Below are positions 22,930 through 35,532 of a DNA stretch of 62,000 nucleotides, one piece after another. Each line of letters starts with the position of its first letter. The first letter of the stretch is position 1. Position numbers and translations under genes: made by a program. The stretch spans positions 124,001-186,000 of the forward strand of contig CM075998.1 of assembly GCA_038087875.1 (NCBI GenBank), written 5' to 3'. Source of the stretch: Malacoraja senta (Eukaryota). The notes under the pieces are model-generated. The model saw nothing but the letters and a program-made list of their open reading frames with translations. It ran no database searches and had not been told where the DNA came from.

Positions 22930-24398
22930 ATAGAAACATAGAAACATAGAAATTAGGTGCAGGAGTAGGCCATTTGGCCCTTCGAGCCTGCACCGCCATT
23001 CAATATGATCATGGCTGATCATCCAACTCAGTATCCCGTACCTGCCTTCTCTCCATACCCTCTGATCCCTTTAGCCACAAGGGCCACATCTAGCTCCCTC
23101 TAAATATAACCAATGAACTGGCCTCGACTACCCTCTGTGGCAGAGAGTTCCAGAGATTCACCACTCTCTGTGTGAAAAAAGTTCTTCTCATCTCGGTTTT
23201 AAAGGATTTCCCCCCTTATCCTTAAGCTGTGACCCCTTGTCCTGGACTTCCCCAACATCGGGAGCAATCTTCCTGCATCTAGCCTGTCCAACCCCTTAAG
23301 AATTTTGTAAGTTTCTATAAGATCCCCTCTCAATCTCCTAAATTCTAGAGAGTATAAACCAAGTCTATCCAGTCTTTCTTCATAAGACAGTCCTGACATC
23401 CCAGGAATCAGTCTGGTGAACCTTCTCTGCACTCCCTCTATGGCAATAATGTCCTTCCTCAGATTTGGAGACCAAAACTGTACGCAATACTCCAGGTGTG
23501 GTCTCACCAAGACCCTGTACAACTGCAGTAGAACCTCCCTGCTCCTATACTCAAATCCTTTTGCTATGAAAGCTAACATACCATTCGCTTTCTTCACTGC
23601 CTGCTGCACCTGCATGCCTACTTTCAATGACTGGTGTACCATGACACCCAGGTCTCGCTGCATCTCCCCTTTTCCTAGTCGGCCACCATTTAGAAAATAG
23701 TCTGCTTTCCTGTTTTTGCCACCAAAATGGATAACCTCACATTTATCCACATTATACTGCATCTGCCAAACATTTGCCCACTCACCCAGCCTATCCAAGT
23801 CACCTTGCAGTCTCCTAGCATCCTCCTCACAGCTAACACTGCCCCCCAGCTTAGTGTCATCCGCAAACTTGGAGATTTTGCCTTCAATTCCCTCATCCAG
23901 GTCATTAATATATATTGTAAATAGCTGGGGTCCCAGCACTGAGCCTTGTGGTACCCCACTAGTCACTGCCTGCCATTGTGAAAAGGACCCGTTTACTCCT
24001 ACTCTTTGCTTCCTGTTTGCCAGCCAGTTCTCTATCCACATCAATACTGAACCCCCAATGCCATGTGCTTTAAGTTTGTATACTAATCTCTTATGTGGGA
24101 CCTTGTCGAAAGCCTTCTGGAAGTCCAGATACACCACATCCACTGGTTCTCCCCTATCCACGCTACTAGTTACATCCTCGAAAAATTCTATAAGATTCGT
24201 CAGACATGATTTACCTTTCGTAAATCCATGCTGATTTTGTCCAATGATTTCACCACTTTCCAAATGTGCTGCTATCCCATCTTTAATAACTGACTCTAGC
24301 AGTTTCCCCACTACCGATGTTAGACTAACTGGTCTGTAATTCCCCGTTTTCTCTCTCCCTCCCTTCTTAAAAAGTGGGGTTACGTTTGCTACCTTCCA
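22930..24398 (-). mobile_element. CR1-clade LINE, 5'-truncated, RT frame largely open
   Basis: ORF 23199-24446: [38 protein letters not shown]; (TTTCTATG)n tail at ~22930. Confidence 0.95.
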
Positions 24399-24399
24399 G

Positions 24400-25775
24400 A
24401 TAGAGAGAGAGATCATGGCTGATCTATCTCTGCCTCCCAACCCCATTCTCTTGCCTTCTCCCCATAACCCCTGACACCCGTACTAATCAAGAATCTTCTC
24501 CAATTTCCGGTAGCCCTTGCTGTCTCCTCCCCTTCTCAGCTCTTCCTCAGCCCTCGGGCTCCTCCTCTTCCTTTCTCCTTTCTTCTCCCCATCCCCCCCT
24601 ACATCAGTCTGAAGAAGGGTTTCGGCCCAAAACGTTGCCTATTTCCTTCGCTCCATAGATGCTGCTGCACCCACTGAGTTTCTCCAGCATTTTTGTCTAC
24701 CTTCGATTTTCTAGCATCTGCAGTTCCTTCTTAAACAAAAATCTATCTATCTCTGCCCTAAAAATATCCACTGACTTGGCCTCCACATGTGTCTGTGGCA
24801 GAGAATTCCACAGATTCACCACCCCATGACTAAAATTTCTCCTCATCTCCTTCCTAAAGGAACGTCCTTTAATTCTGAGGCTATGACCTCTGGCCCTAGA
24901 CTCTCCCACTAGTGGAAACATCCTCTCCACATCCATTCTATCCAGGCCTTTCACTATTCTGTAAGTGTCAATGTGGTGCCCCCTCATCTATCTAAACTCC
25001 AGCGAGTACAGGCCCAGTGCCGTCAAACTCTGATCATATGTTAACCCACTCATTCCTGGGATCATTCTCGTAAACCTCCTCTGGACCCTCTCCAGAGCCA
25101 GCACATCCATCCTCAGATATGGTGCGCAAAATTGCTCACAATAAGGTTTTGACTTATGGGCAACTTTCTGATCACATCACCACCACCACCATCACATTCT
25201 TCCTAAACTACCCACCAGACACACGCTCTGATCTCACGGCTACCCCCCTGGGTAGAGTCATAGAGTGATACAGCGTGGAAACGGGCCCTTCGGCCCAACT
25301 TGCCCATACCAGCCGATATGTCCCAGCTACACTAGTCTCACCTCGCACGTTTGGTCCATATCCCTCCAAACCTGTCCTATCCATGTACCTAACTGTTTCT
25401 TAAATGTTGGGATAGTCCCAGCCTCAACTACCTCCTCTGGCAGCTCGTTCCATACACCCACCACCCTTTGTGTGAAAAAGTTACCCCTCAGATTCCTATT
25501 AAATCTTTTCCCCTTCACCTTAAACCTGTGTCCTCTGGTCCTCGATTCCCCAACTCTGGGCAAGAGACTCTGTGCGTCTACCCGATCTATTCCTCTCATG
25601 ATTTTGGACATCTCTATAAGATCAGCCCTCATCCTCCTGCGCTCCAAGGAATAGAGTCCCAGCCTACTCAACCTCTCCCTGTAGCTCAGACCCTCTGGAA
25701 ACATAGAAACATAGAAAACACAGACCCTCTAGCCCTGGCAACATCCTCGTAAATCCTCTCTGTACCCGTTCCAGC
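24400..25775 (-). mobile_element. Further CR1 3' parts with a nested Penelope 3' end (~24495-24735, plus)
   Basis: ORF remnants 24697-24987 and 25327-25704; nested module CTGAAGAAGGGTTTCGGCCCAAAACGTTG at ~24609. Confidence 0.8.
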
Positions 25776-26124
25776 TTGAGTCACCACCTCTTGGCAAATG
25801 AGTCTGCTTGAGCAGCAAGATTCTTCTCCCCTGGTGAAGGGCAAATTCAAATAGAGCAGAGCCCAGAGACCATTCCCACTGCCGGCAAGCTGCTGCACAG
25901 CATACAGCCAGCCAGCCAATGGATCAGATGCTACTCCCGGTTCTGAGCAGCAGTGGGCAATGAACTAGGGAACAGGAGGAGGTGGTGGCAAGCACATGCT
26001 CATCTTCAACGACAGCCCCGTGCAGCCCAGGACTGCTAAAGACAAGGCGGAAGCATTGGCAGCAAAGCGTTGAGTGGGAGATCTGTCACAGTCTCCTCCT
26101 GAAGAACGTCATCACAAATACATC

Positions 26125-26422
26125 ATGGTGGTGCAGCGGTAGAGTTGCTGCCTCACAGCGCCAGAGACCCCGGTTCCATCCTGACTACGGGTGCTGTCGT
26201 CGGATGCGGGAGTTTGTACGTTCTCCCTGTGACCACGTGGGTTTTCTCCGGGTGCTCCGGTTTCCTCCCACATTCCAAAGACGGGCAGGTTGGTAGGTTT
26301 AATTGGCTTTGGCTTAAACGGAAATTGTCCCTGGCGTGTGCAGGATGGCGTTAATGTGCGGGGATCGCTGGTCGGCACGGACTCGGTGGGCCAAAGGGCC
26401 TGTTTCCACGCTGTGTCCCTAA
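26125..26422 (+). mobile_element. tRNA-derived V-SINE (HE1-like)
   Basis: A box, GGTTCCATCC B box, V-SINE core, CR1-like tail. Confidence 0.85.
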
Positions 26423-26767
26423 ACGCAACTACAAGAAGCCAGTCTTCGTCCAATTCCATCTGCTCCACATGACAGCAACAAGCTGAGGGGAAGAGTGGCT
26501 GCCTGACAGACAGACCCGGGTTTGATCCTGACTACGGGTGCTGTGTGTACAGAGCAGCCACTGTGGCCTAGCCCAGCGAGACAGCCAGCGCCTGCTAGGA
26601 ACCAGGCCGACTGTCCAAACACTTCACACTGAAAGACAGACCTGCAGCTAGCAGACCGTCCCCCCCACATTAGCGAGGGCTGGAATCCAGCCGAGGACAC
26701 ACTCATCCATTGCCTTTCGCCATGCCCTTGCAACCCAGGTTTTTGCAACCAATAGCATACTTTTGCG

Positions 26768-26971
26768 TTTAAGACTGAACTGCAGATGCTGGAAAATCGA
26801 AGGTAGACAAAAATGCTGGAGAAACTCAGCTGGTGCAGCAGCATCTATGGAGCGAAGGAAATGGGCAACGTTTCGGGTCTGAAGAAGGGTTTAGGCCCGA
26901 AACGTTGCCTATTTCCTTCGCTCCATAGATGCTGCTGCACCCGCTGAGTTTCTCCAGCACCTTTGTCTACC
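26768..26971. mobile_element. Fold-back Penelope-end element
   Basis: Two inverted copies of the terminal module around CTGAAGAAGGGTTTAGGCCCGAAACGTT; 15-bp TSD TAGCATACTTTTGCG at 26753-26767 and 26972-26986. Confidence 0.85.
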
Positions 26972-27199
26972 TAGCATACTTTTGCGGTCACTTGGAATTA
27001 GGAAGCAGCAGCCAAATTAGCGCAGAGCCACTCCCCGCAGTCACCAATGTAATAAAGGCCACGCCACATTGCCTGTGACTGGCGGTTTTTGCGAGTAAAC
27101 GGTCAGCGTTGACATTTATTTTTAGCAAATGAAGCAGCATCCAGCATCATAGGGCAATGCGCAAATACATCTCAGAGTTATCATTGGATGGAGCGGCGC

Positions 27200-27486
27200 A
27201 ATGGCGCGTGGGTAAAGTTGCTGCCTCACAGCGCCAGAGACCCGGGTTCAATCTGACTACAGGCGCTGTCTGTACGGAGTTTGCACGTTCTCCCCGTGAC
27301 CTGTGTGGGTTTTCTCCAGGATCTCCGGTTTCCTCCCACACTCCAAAGACGTGCGGGTTTGTAGATTAATTGGCTTTGGTATAAGTGTAAATTGTCCCCA
27401 GTGTGTGGGATAGTGTTAGTGTGCAGGGATCGCTGGTCGGTGCAGACTCGGTGGGCTGAAGGGTTTGTTTCTGCACTGTATCTAAA
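27200..27486 (+). mobile_element. tRNA-derived V-SINE (HE1-like)
   Basis: Same family as 26125 and 31960. Confidence 0.85.
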
Positions 27487-28184
27487 GAACCTGCGACAAC
27501 GAACATGGCATTAGCTGGAAAGAAAGAAGTTGCATTTCCAGATCGACTTTTACAAGCTCAAGATATCCTAAATGGTTCCACGATGAATGACGTTTGAAAT
27601 GCAGTCACTTATTGTAATTCTGGGAGACAAGAGACAAGTTGGGTTCGCAATCTCTCAGCGGCAGCACGATAACAGCGACGTTACTTGCTTAACGAGGGTC
27701 TATCCAGGATGGATATTAGTCATAGTCATACAGTGTGGAAACAGGCCATTCGGCCCAACTTGCCCAACATGTCCCAGCTATACTAGTCCACCTGCCCGCG
27801 TTTGGTCCATATCCCTCCAAACCTGTCCTATCCATGTACCTGTCTGTTTCTTAAACGTTGGGATAGTCCCAGCCTCAACTACCTCCTCTGGCAACTTGTT
27901 CCATACACCCACCACCCTTTGTGTGAAAAAGTTACCCCTCAGATTTCTACTGGTGCTCCAACACCTCAGCATTCCTATTGAAACCTCAAAATTCCCAACA
28001 ACAGCCGTTTGTTCCTCATCACGTTGTTGTTGGGAATTTTGAGTATTATAAGGAGGATGAGTAGGTTATGGTTTGGTTAACCCTAGAGCTCACATACTGG
28101 AGAAGAATGATGGAAAAATGGCCAAGATAGAATGTAGTCAAAATAGCTAAAGCTGAAACATTCTGCTGAGAAGCAGGCTTCCTT

Positions 28185-29008
28185 ATAGAAACATAGACAA
28201 TAGGTGCAGGAGTAGGCCATTCGGTCCTTCGAGCCTGCACCGCCATTCAATATGATCATGGCTGATCATCCAACTCAGTATCCTGTACCTGCCTTCTCTC
28301 CATACCCCCTGATCCCTTTAGCCACAAGGGCCACATCTAACTCCCTCTTAAATATAGCCAATGAACTGGCCTCAACTACCATTTGTGGCAGAGAATTCCA
28401 GAGATTCACCACTCCCTGTTTGAAAAATGTTTTCCTCATCTCGGTCCTAAAAGATTTCCCCCTTATCCTTAAACTGTGACCCCTTGTTCTGGACTTCCCC
28501 AACATCGGGAACAATCTTCCTGCATCTAGCCTGTCCAACCCCTTAAGAATTTTGTACGTTTCTATAAGATCCCCCCTCAATCTTCTAAATTCTAGCGAGT
28601 ACAAACCGAGTCTATCCAGTCTTTCTTCATATGAAAGTCCTGACATCCCAGGAATCAACTGCAGTAGAACCTCCCTGCTCCTATACTCAAATCCTTTTGC
28701 TATGAATGCTAACATACCATTCGCCTTCTTCACTGCCTGCTGCACCTGCATGCCTACTTTTAATGACTGGTGTACCATGACACCCAGGTCTCGTTGCATC
28801 TCCCCTTTTCCTAATCGGCCACCATTCAGATAATAGTCTACTTTCCTGTTTTTGCCACCAATGTGGATAACCTCACATTTATCCCCATTATACTGCATCT
28901 GCCCACTCACCCAGCCTATCCAAGTCACCTTGCAGCCTCCGAGCATCCTCCTCATAGCTAACACTGCCCCCCAGCTTCGTGTCATCCGCAAACTTGGAGA
29001 TGTTGCAT
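28185..29008 (-). mobile_element. CR1 LINE 3' part with internal deletions
   Basis: ORF 28275-28991 CR1 RT C-terminus. Confidence 0.9.
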
Positions 29009-29627
29009 TATCTATATCTATATCTATTATCTATAGAGGGGGAGGATGGTCCTTCACAATTCTGTCCAGGTTCTTATCTGTTGCAATCTTGAGATTACCG
29101 CTGCTCTTTGTCACTGTGTTTAGCAGGCAAGTCTGCCAAAGGTTCACGAACAACCACTTTAACGAGAGGACCCCATTAAGGGAGTAGAATCAAAGTCTCC
29201 CCACAGGGCATTGACATTTATGGTATCTATGTGATAGAAACATGGGGAGAGATTTCTAAAACAACAAGAAACGCAAGATTATATTTAACTCTGGGGAAAG
29301 ACAAAGATGAAAGGTTACAGAGACATTGATTCATGTTGGTTTATTTCAACTCCACAAGTAACCATTGTGTCATGAGGGTATAAAAATGGAATAATTACTT
29401 TGGCTTGTGGAAGCAGTTTGGGTTTCCTCAGACGGTTTCCCGATGTAGATTGATAAGGCCTTTAATAAACCGACTTGTTTGATGGACTCACCACTGATCT
29501 ACGAGCTGTTTTATTTTGTGCCTGGGTCTATCTGAGTGAAGTCAGATATAGGGTATGGGTAGAGTACAAAATCCCCTCCTCCAGCGTTAAGGTCCAGAGT
29601 TAACGGCGACAGTCGCATGGTACTCAC

Positions 29628-29691
29628 CAGTGCTTACAGAGGGGGATGAAGCCGCCGGAGCAGTGGCGGAAGGACTTTGTTCTGTAGGGGT
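29628..29691 (-). CDS. NABP2: NABP2 coding exon 5 (low-complexity linker)
   Basis: TPTEQSPSATAPAASSPSVST+G, 64 bp, long pyrimidine tract + TTAAG acceptor, GTGAGT donor; phases 0/1 fit the neighbours. Confidence 0.8.
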
Positions 29692-30196
29692 CTTAATGAG
29701 GAAAGAAAGAAAAAATCTTTAGGTCCAGCCGCCTCAACTTACAGAAATTCACTCCACCCCACTTCCGAGACACAGGGTTCTTGTCCGCCTCTACTGACTT
29801 GCACCACATCCCAACTCTCAAAAGAAAGGTCCCGGGTCTCTGGGCGGCACAGCGGTAGAGTTGCTGCCTCACAGCGCCAGACACCCATAACGTTCCATAC
29901 TGACAACGGGTGCTGTCTGTACGGAGTTTGTCAGAGTGAGGCCCAGCGCAAATTGGAGGAACTGCACCTCATATTTCGCTTGGGAAGCTTACACTCCAGC
30001 GGTATGAACATTGACTTCTCTAGCTTCAAGTAACCTTGACCAGCACCCCCCCCACCCCCAATCTATTCTGGACTTTCCACTCGTCACTTTAATTTCATGT
30101 TTCATGTATCCCGTGAGTTGACTGTTAGCAGACCAATTTCCCTCCTGGGGTAAATAAAGTTCTATCGTATCGTGAGTGGTTCGGCAGCAGACTTAC

Positions 30197-30281
30197 TGGC
30201 TTGTTCTGGGGCAGCAGCTGGGACATGTAATCAGGATTAGGGTCACTGAAATTCGGCACTTCGGAATACTGCATGCAAAAC
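30197..30281 (-). CDS. NABP2: NABP2 coding exon 4
   Basis: FCMQYSEVPNFSDPNPDYMSQLLPQNKP, 85 bp, CTGTTAG acceptor and GTAAGT donor. Confidence 0.93.
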
Positions 30282-31276
30282 CTAACAGAGGGAACACAAG
30301 CAGTTGTGATCTTACACGTCTACAGTTCACACCCACCGACACCCCGAGAGGCTAATTGCAGTTCACCCCGTTACTGGGGAAAGAATAGAAAGCTTACCAT
30401 CGGAACACCAGAGAAAGCATTTTATCAGGATGTGTCACAGCTTGGTTTGGGAACAGCTCTATCCAAGACCTCAACAAGCTCATCGGGAAGGCTGGCTCCG
30501 TCCTGGGGGCGGAGTTGGAGTTGGATTCACAGGAGGTGGTCTTGGAGGGGAGGATGCTCCCTCAAACAGCGGAGCATCCTGGACAATACAGCTCACACCC
30601 TCCGTGACGCACTGGTCAACCTCTCTCATCGGGCAAGAGGTACAGAAGTGTGAAAACGAACGCACACCTTCAGATTCAGGGACAGTTTCTTCCCAGCTGT
30701 TATCAGGCAACTGAACCATCCTACCACAACCAGAGAGCAGTGCTGAACTACTATCTACCTCTTTGATGACTTTACCTTGCACGAAACGTTATTCCCTTAC
30801 TATGTATCTATAATCTGTGGACGGCTCGATTGTCATCATGTATTGTCTTCCTGCTGACCAGATAGCACACAACAAAAGCTTTTCACTGTACCTCGGTACA
30901 CACGACAATAAACATAACTGAACCGAACAGTAAATAGTCCGACACGACAAGTTTCAGGTAAACATAAAAGAAACGAGATCTCTCTCTGGGTGGAGAACAG
31001 TGCACGGGAACTTTGGATATGCAATAGGGAGTCTCTCCACTACTCCAGGCCATCATTTACCTCACGTAGAACAGCACTAAAACATTTTTCTCTTGGCCCC
31101 ATCAATTCCCTTTTGAAAGTTTCTGCTGAATCTTCTCATGAGACCCTCCACTAAAATCCCTCCCTTTCCCGTGGGGGGACAGCAGCCCCTCACTTTCGAG
31201 AGCAGATACAGCACAGCATCTCCTGTCCCCTCGATGGACTCCACCCCGGAGCTCCAATGGGGCGAACCGACTAGAT

Positions 31277-31648
31277 CAGGGGTGGGGAACCTGCGGCCTT
31301 AAGGCCACATGCGGCCTTCTAGGCCATTAAGTGCGGCCTTTTGAATGAATCCAAATTGTGTAGAACAAATCCTTTTATTTTTATTAATATGTTTTTGTTC
31401 GTCCTTTATTATTTTAATTTTAATCTTAAAATGAACGTATTTAAAATACCAAAGAGTAAAAGAAGATTCAACGAAATAATCGTCCCCGACTGACGGCCAC
31501 AATTAAAACATTAGTAAGTCATGAGGGCTATTTTAACAAATACAATGTACATTTTGAAGTATATCTAATTGAAGTATCTTAGATGCGGCCTTAATAGATT
31601 ACAGCTAACTTAATGCGGCCTTCCGACATGAAGCGGTTCCCCCCCCTG
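31277..31648. mobile_element. hAT (Charlie-like) MITE
   Basis: TIRs CAGGGGTGGGGAACC / GGTTCCCCCCCCTG; imperfect 8-bp TSD GACTAGAT / CACTAGAA. Confidence 0.85.
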
Positions 31649-31758
31649 CACTAGAACCTTTCCAACTGCACCCAAACTCTCCGAGCAGCTGGAGCCCGGC
31701 CAGAACTCAAGCTTCAAGCAGCCCCCACCCCCTTTCCAGTCTGAAAGCACAGAACTTA

Positions 31759-31869
<111 letters not shown>

Positions 31870-31959
31870 TCACAAAACTTAAAGCACGCGCCATTTGTAA
31901 AAAATAAGATTGTGCTATTAGTTTGCTGTTGAATTGTGCTGGTGCTTTTGTAGAGTTTG

Positions 31960-32258
31960 GGGCGTCATGGTGGCGTAGCGGTAGAGTTGCCGCCTCACAG
32001 CGCCAGAGAACCGGGATCAATCCCGACTACGGGTGCTGTCTGTACGGAGTTTGTACGTTCTCCCCGTGACCTGCGTGGGTTTTCTCCGAGATCTCCGGTT
32101 TCCTCCCACACTACAAAGGCGTGAACGTTTGTACGTTAATTGGCTTGGTGTGTGGTTTAACTTGTCCCTAGTGTGCAGGATAGTGTACATGTGCAGGGTG
32201 ATCGCTGGTTGATGCTGACCCGGTGGGCCGAAGGGCCTGTCTCCACGCTGTATCGCTA
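31960..32258 (+). mobile_element. tRNA-derived V-SINE (HE1-like)
   Basis: GGTGGCGTAGCGGTAGA A box, V core, CR1-like tail. Confidence 0.85.
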
Positions 32259-32322
32259 AAAGTTTAAAAAGTGTTGCAACATTTGCTCCAGTTTTCACAG
32301 ATGTGTTAAACTAAGTGAGTTA

Positions 32323-32523
<201 letters not shown>

Positions 32524-32554
32524 TCACAAAACACTCCGTACAAAAACAACTTCG

Positions 32555-33308
32555 ATGAGTGGTGTGGGCTGAATCACCTGCCGCTCAACATCGACAAGAC
32601 TAAGGAACTAGTGGTGGACTTTAGGGGGAGAGGAACACCCCTGTCTCCCTCAAGGATGTGCAGTTTACCAGAGAGTACAAGTACCTTGGAGTTTACCTGG
32701 GCAGTAAACTGGACTGGTCCAGGAACACTGAGGCCCTGTATAAGAAGGGTCAGTCGTCTGTACTTTCTGAGGAGGCCCCGCTCCTTCAACATCTGCACTA
32801 AGATGCTGCAGATGTTCTACCAGTCGGTGGTGGCCAGTGCCATCTTCTTCGCTGCCGTGTGCTGGGGCAGCAGGGCGAAGGCCGCGGACGCCAACAGAAT
32901 TAAGAAGCTCATCGGGAAGGCTGGCTCCATCTGGGGGTGGTGTTGGATTAATTGGAGGTGATCTTGGAGGGGAGGATGGCTCCTCAAACTGCGGAGCATC
33001 CTGGACAACACAGCTCACCCCCTCCATGACACACTGGTCAACCTGAGGAGCACCTTCAGCAACAGACTGGTTCCACGGAGATGCAGCACAGAACGCCACA
33101 GGAGATCCTTCTTCCCTGTGGCCGTCAAACTGTACAACTCCTCCCCCTTCTGTTAAAAGGTAGACTGACTCCCCCCAATCTTTGCACATCCCAAATCCTG
33201 GACTTTCCACTCGTCACTTTAATTTCATGCTTTTTGCATCTTGTTGTGTTTTATGACTGTTGGCAGACCAATTTCCCTCCTGGGATAAATAAAGTTCTAT
33301 CGTATTGT
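32555..33308 (+). mobile_element. Rex1/L2-like LINE 3' part
   Basis: LNIDKTKELVVDF..SRLYFLRR..FYQSVVASAIFFAAVCWG; AATAAA + (TCGTA)n-type tail. Confidence 0.8.
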
Positions 33309-33695
33309 ATGCTGCCTGACCTGCAGAGTTCCTCCAGCACTCTGTATCCTCCACAGATGCTGCCCGACATGCCGTCTAAAGGAACTCAACAGGTCGGGCA
33401 GCATCTGTGGAGGATAAAGAGTGCTGGAGAAACCCAGCAGGTCGGGGGTGGGAGATTGCAACCTTCGACTAATGCAATCAACTCGACGTGCACAAACAGA
33501 AGATCAAATAGAACAAGTTGTCCTACAACTTTAGGCTGTGCACGCCGCACGAAAGAAGAAGAAGCAGGTCGGGCAGCATCTGTGGAGGATAAAGAGTGCT
33601 GGAGAAACCCAGCAGGTCGGGCAGCATCTGTGGAGGGACTGGGCTGGATTGTGTTGTGTCAAAGGGGCGAAGTGCAAGATGTGTCCTCCACTCAC

Positions 33696-33774
33696 CGATC
33701 TCCAGGACAATGAAGAGAAGGTTGAGATTTTTCAAGCCAGCTTTGATATCCTTCACATAAGTGTCGCTCGACAT
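33696..33774 (-). CDS. NABP2: NABP2 (SSB1/SOSS-B1) coding exon 1
   Basis: MSSDTYVKDIKAGLKNLNLLFIVLEI+G, 79 bp, donor G|GTGAG; acceptor TTTGCAG just above 33810. Confidence 0.93.
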
Positions 33775-33819
33775 CCTGCCTTCACACGGAGACCATCGGC
33801 GATCCCCGAGCTGCAAAGT

Positions 33820-34300
33820 TGAGGCAAGTTGTAGGGAGCAGGTTCATAACACGCATGCGCGGCCCTCCGGGAGCGGGACCCCCCCTCCCCTCCCCCTCTC
33901 TCTCCCCCTCCCCCTCCCCCTCTCCCCCCACACAACACGGATCTTCAAATCCCCTTCCCCAACGCTCCCGTAAACACCACATGAGAGGGCGGGATGGCCG
34001 CCGCCCGCCCGCACCGTCTCTCGCTCATCCACAATGGCAACCGGCCCGCCGTCGCTCGGCAAACTCCGGCTCCCCTCGGGCCCGCTGACAGGCAGCTCCT
34101 CCAACCGGTCGGAGGCCGCCCTCCTCCCCCTCCCCCCCCCCCCCCCCCCCCCCGGCGCCGCCTGGTTGGTCGGGCCCTCGCCGGCGTGGGCGGGACATCC
34201 GGTGGACGGACGGCTCCGGACAGAGCCGAGCTCCGGGACTCGGGACCATGTCCACGTCCACGTCCACGTCCATGTTGAGGTCGCCATGTGCTCCTGATGA
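33820..34300 (-). promoter_or_regulatory. CpG island; probable proximal NABP2 promoter and non-coding exon
   Basis: Very GC/CpG-rich; ETS-like ACCGGATGT (minus, ~34195-34203), GGCGGGA, G/C runs; candidate donor ACG|GTGCGG at 34015/34014. Confidence 0.6.
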
Positions 34301-34567
34301 AGAAGGCTGCAGAGCAGAGGCAGGCAGTCGAGGAGGGTGTCACCAATGCACGCGGCGCACTCAAACAAAAGCGAGGTCAAATTGCCAGTAACCTCAGTGA
34401 AAGCAAACTTCTAGAAGTGCTCAGCTGGTCAAAGAACATCCATGCAGAGAGAAATAGCCTTCAGGGTCAAGGAGGGGCATGTCATCAGCACTGGAAAAAG
34501 GAAAAGAAATGAGAGGGGAAGGGGTGGAAAAAACAGAAGGGATGTCCATGAAAGTGTGTAATGCTGA

Positions 34568-34996
34568 AGGGCCTGTCCCACTTTCACCACTTAATTCAAA
34601 ACCTCTGCCGAGTTTAAAGAAACTAAAGAAAATCAAGATCGTGGCAATCTACAAACTCCTACGACCTTCCATGACTATGTTAACGAACTACTAAGAACTC
34701 CTACGAGTATGTCTACGAATACCCACGACTATTTCGATGCCCTCCTTATGAGTAAAAAGTTGCAATTTCTTTCATCCCGACCATTTTTTTACTCGTGGAC
34801 ATTTTTTATCGGGCTGGAAAAACCGTCCCCACTTACCTGATGCCAGGAGTACCTACAGTAGCATAACGAGCCACTACGATATATCTACAAACTCCTACGA
34901 CCTCCTACGGACTCGTTACGAACATTCTACGAGTTTGAATCAAGGGGAAAACTCGGGAGGATTTGTGAATTACCTCGTGAAAGTGGGACAGGCCCT
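34568..34996. mobile_element. PIF/Harbinger-like MITE
   Basis: 20-bp TIR AGGGCCTGTCCCACTTTCAC / GTGAAAGTGGGACAGGCCCT, flanks TGA/TTA, internal CTACGA repeats. Confidence 0.8.
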
Positions 34997-35532
34997 TTAG
35001 GCTTTAGCTGCGGTTAGTGAGTCCATATTGTGAACATTATTGGGCCCCATATCTGAGGAAGGATGTGCACTTCAATTATTCTCTGCCACACTCTCACTCT
35101 TGACTCTTCAGCTCCCCACATTACCCCCAAACCAAAACCAAGAAATGGCACTTCATCATGGTCTGGAGAATCGAGAATCCTGGCTAGTTCTGGATACGCA
35201 GCAAGCCCTCCGCTGACATGTAATAGACAATAGGTGCAGGAGGAGGCCATTTGGCCCTTCGAGCCAGCACCGCCATTCAATGTGATCATGTCTGATCATC
35301 CACAATCAGTACCCCGTTCCTGCCTTCTCCCCATATCCCCTGACTCCGCTATTTTTAAGAGCCCTATCCAGCTCTCTATTGAAAACATCCAGAGAACCTG
35401 CCTCCACCGCCCTCTGAGGCAGAGAATTCCACAGACTCACAACTCTCTGTGAGAAAAAGTGTTTCCTTGTCTCCGTTCTAAATGGCTTACCCCTTATTCT
35501 TAAACTGTGTTCTGGACTCCCCCAACATCGGG

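Noticed and set aside
26125..26200. tRNA-like A/B boxes here and in the other SINE heads
   Set aside because: They continue into the V-SINE core and LINE-like tail; no complete cloverleaf
29628..29681. Internal CTACAG acceptor for NABP2 exon 5
   Set aside because: Gives a frameshift and stop; the TTAAG acceptor at 29692 keeps the frame
33761..34380. Multiple overlapping GC-rich ORFs
   Set aside because: Stop-poor CpG island; no recognisable protein beyond the NABP2 exon
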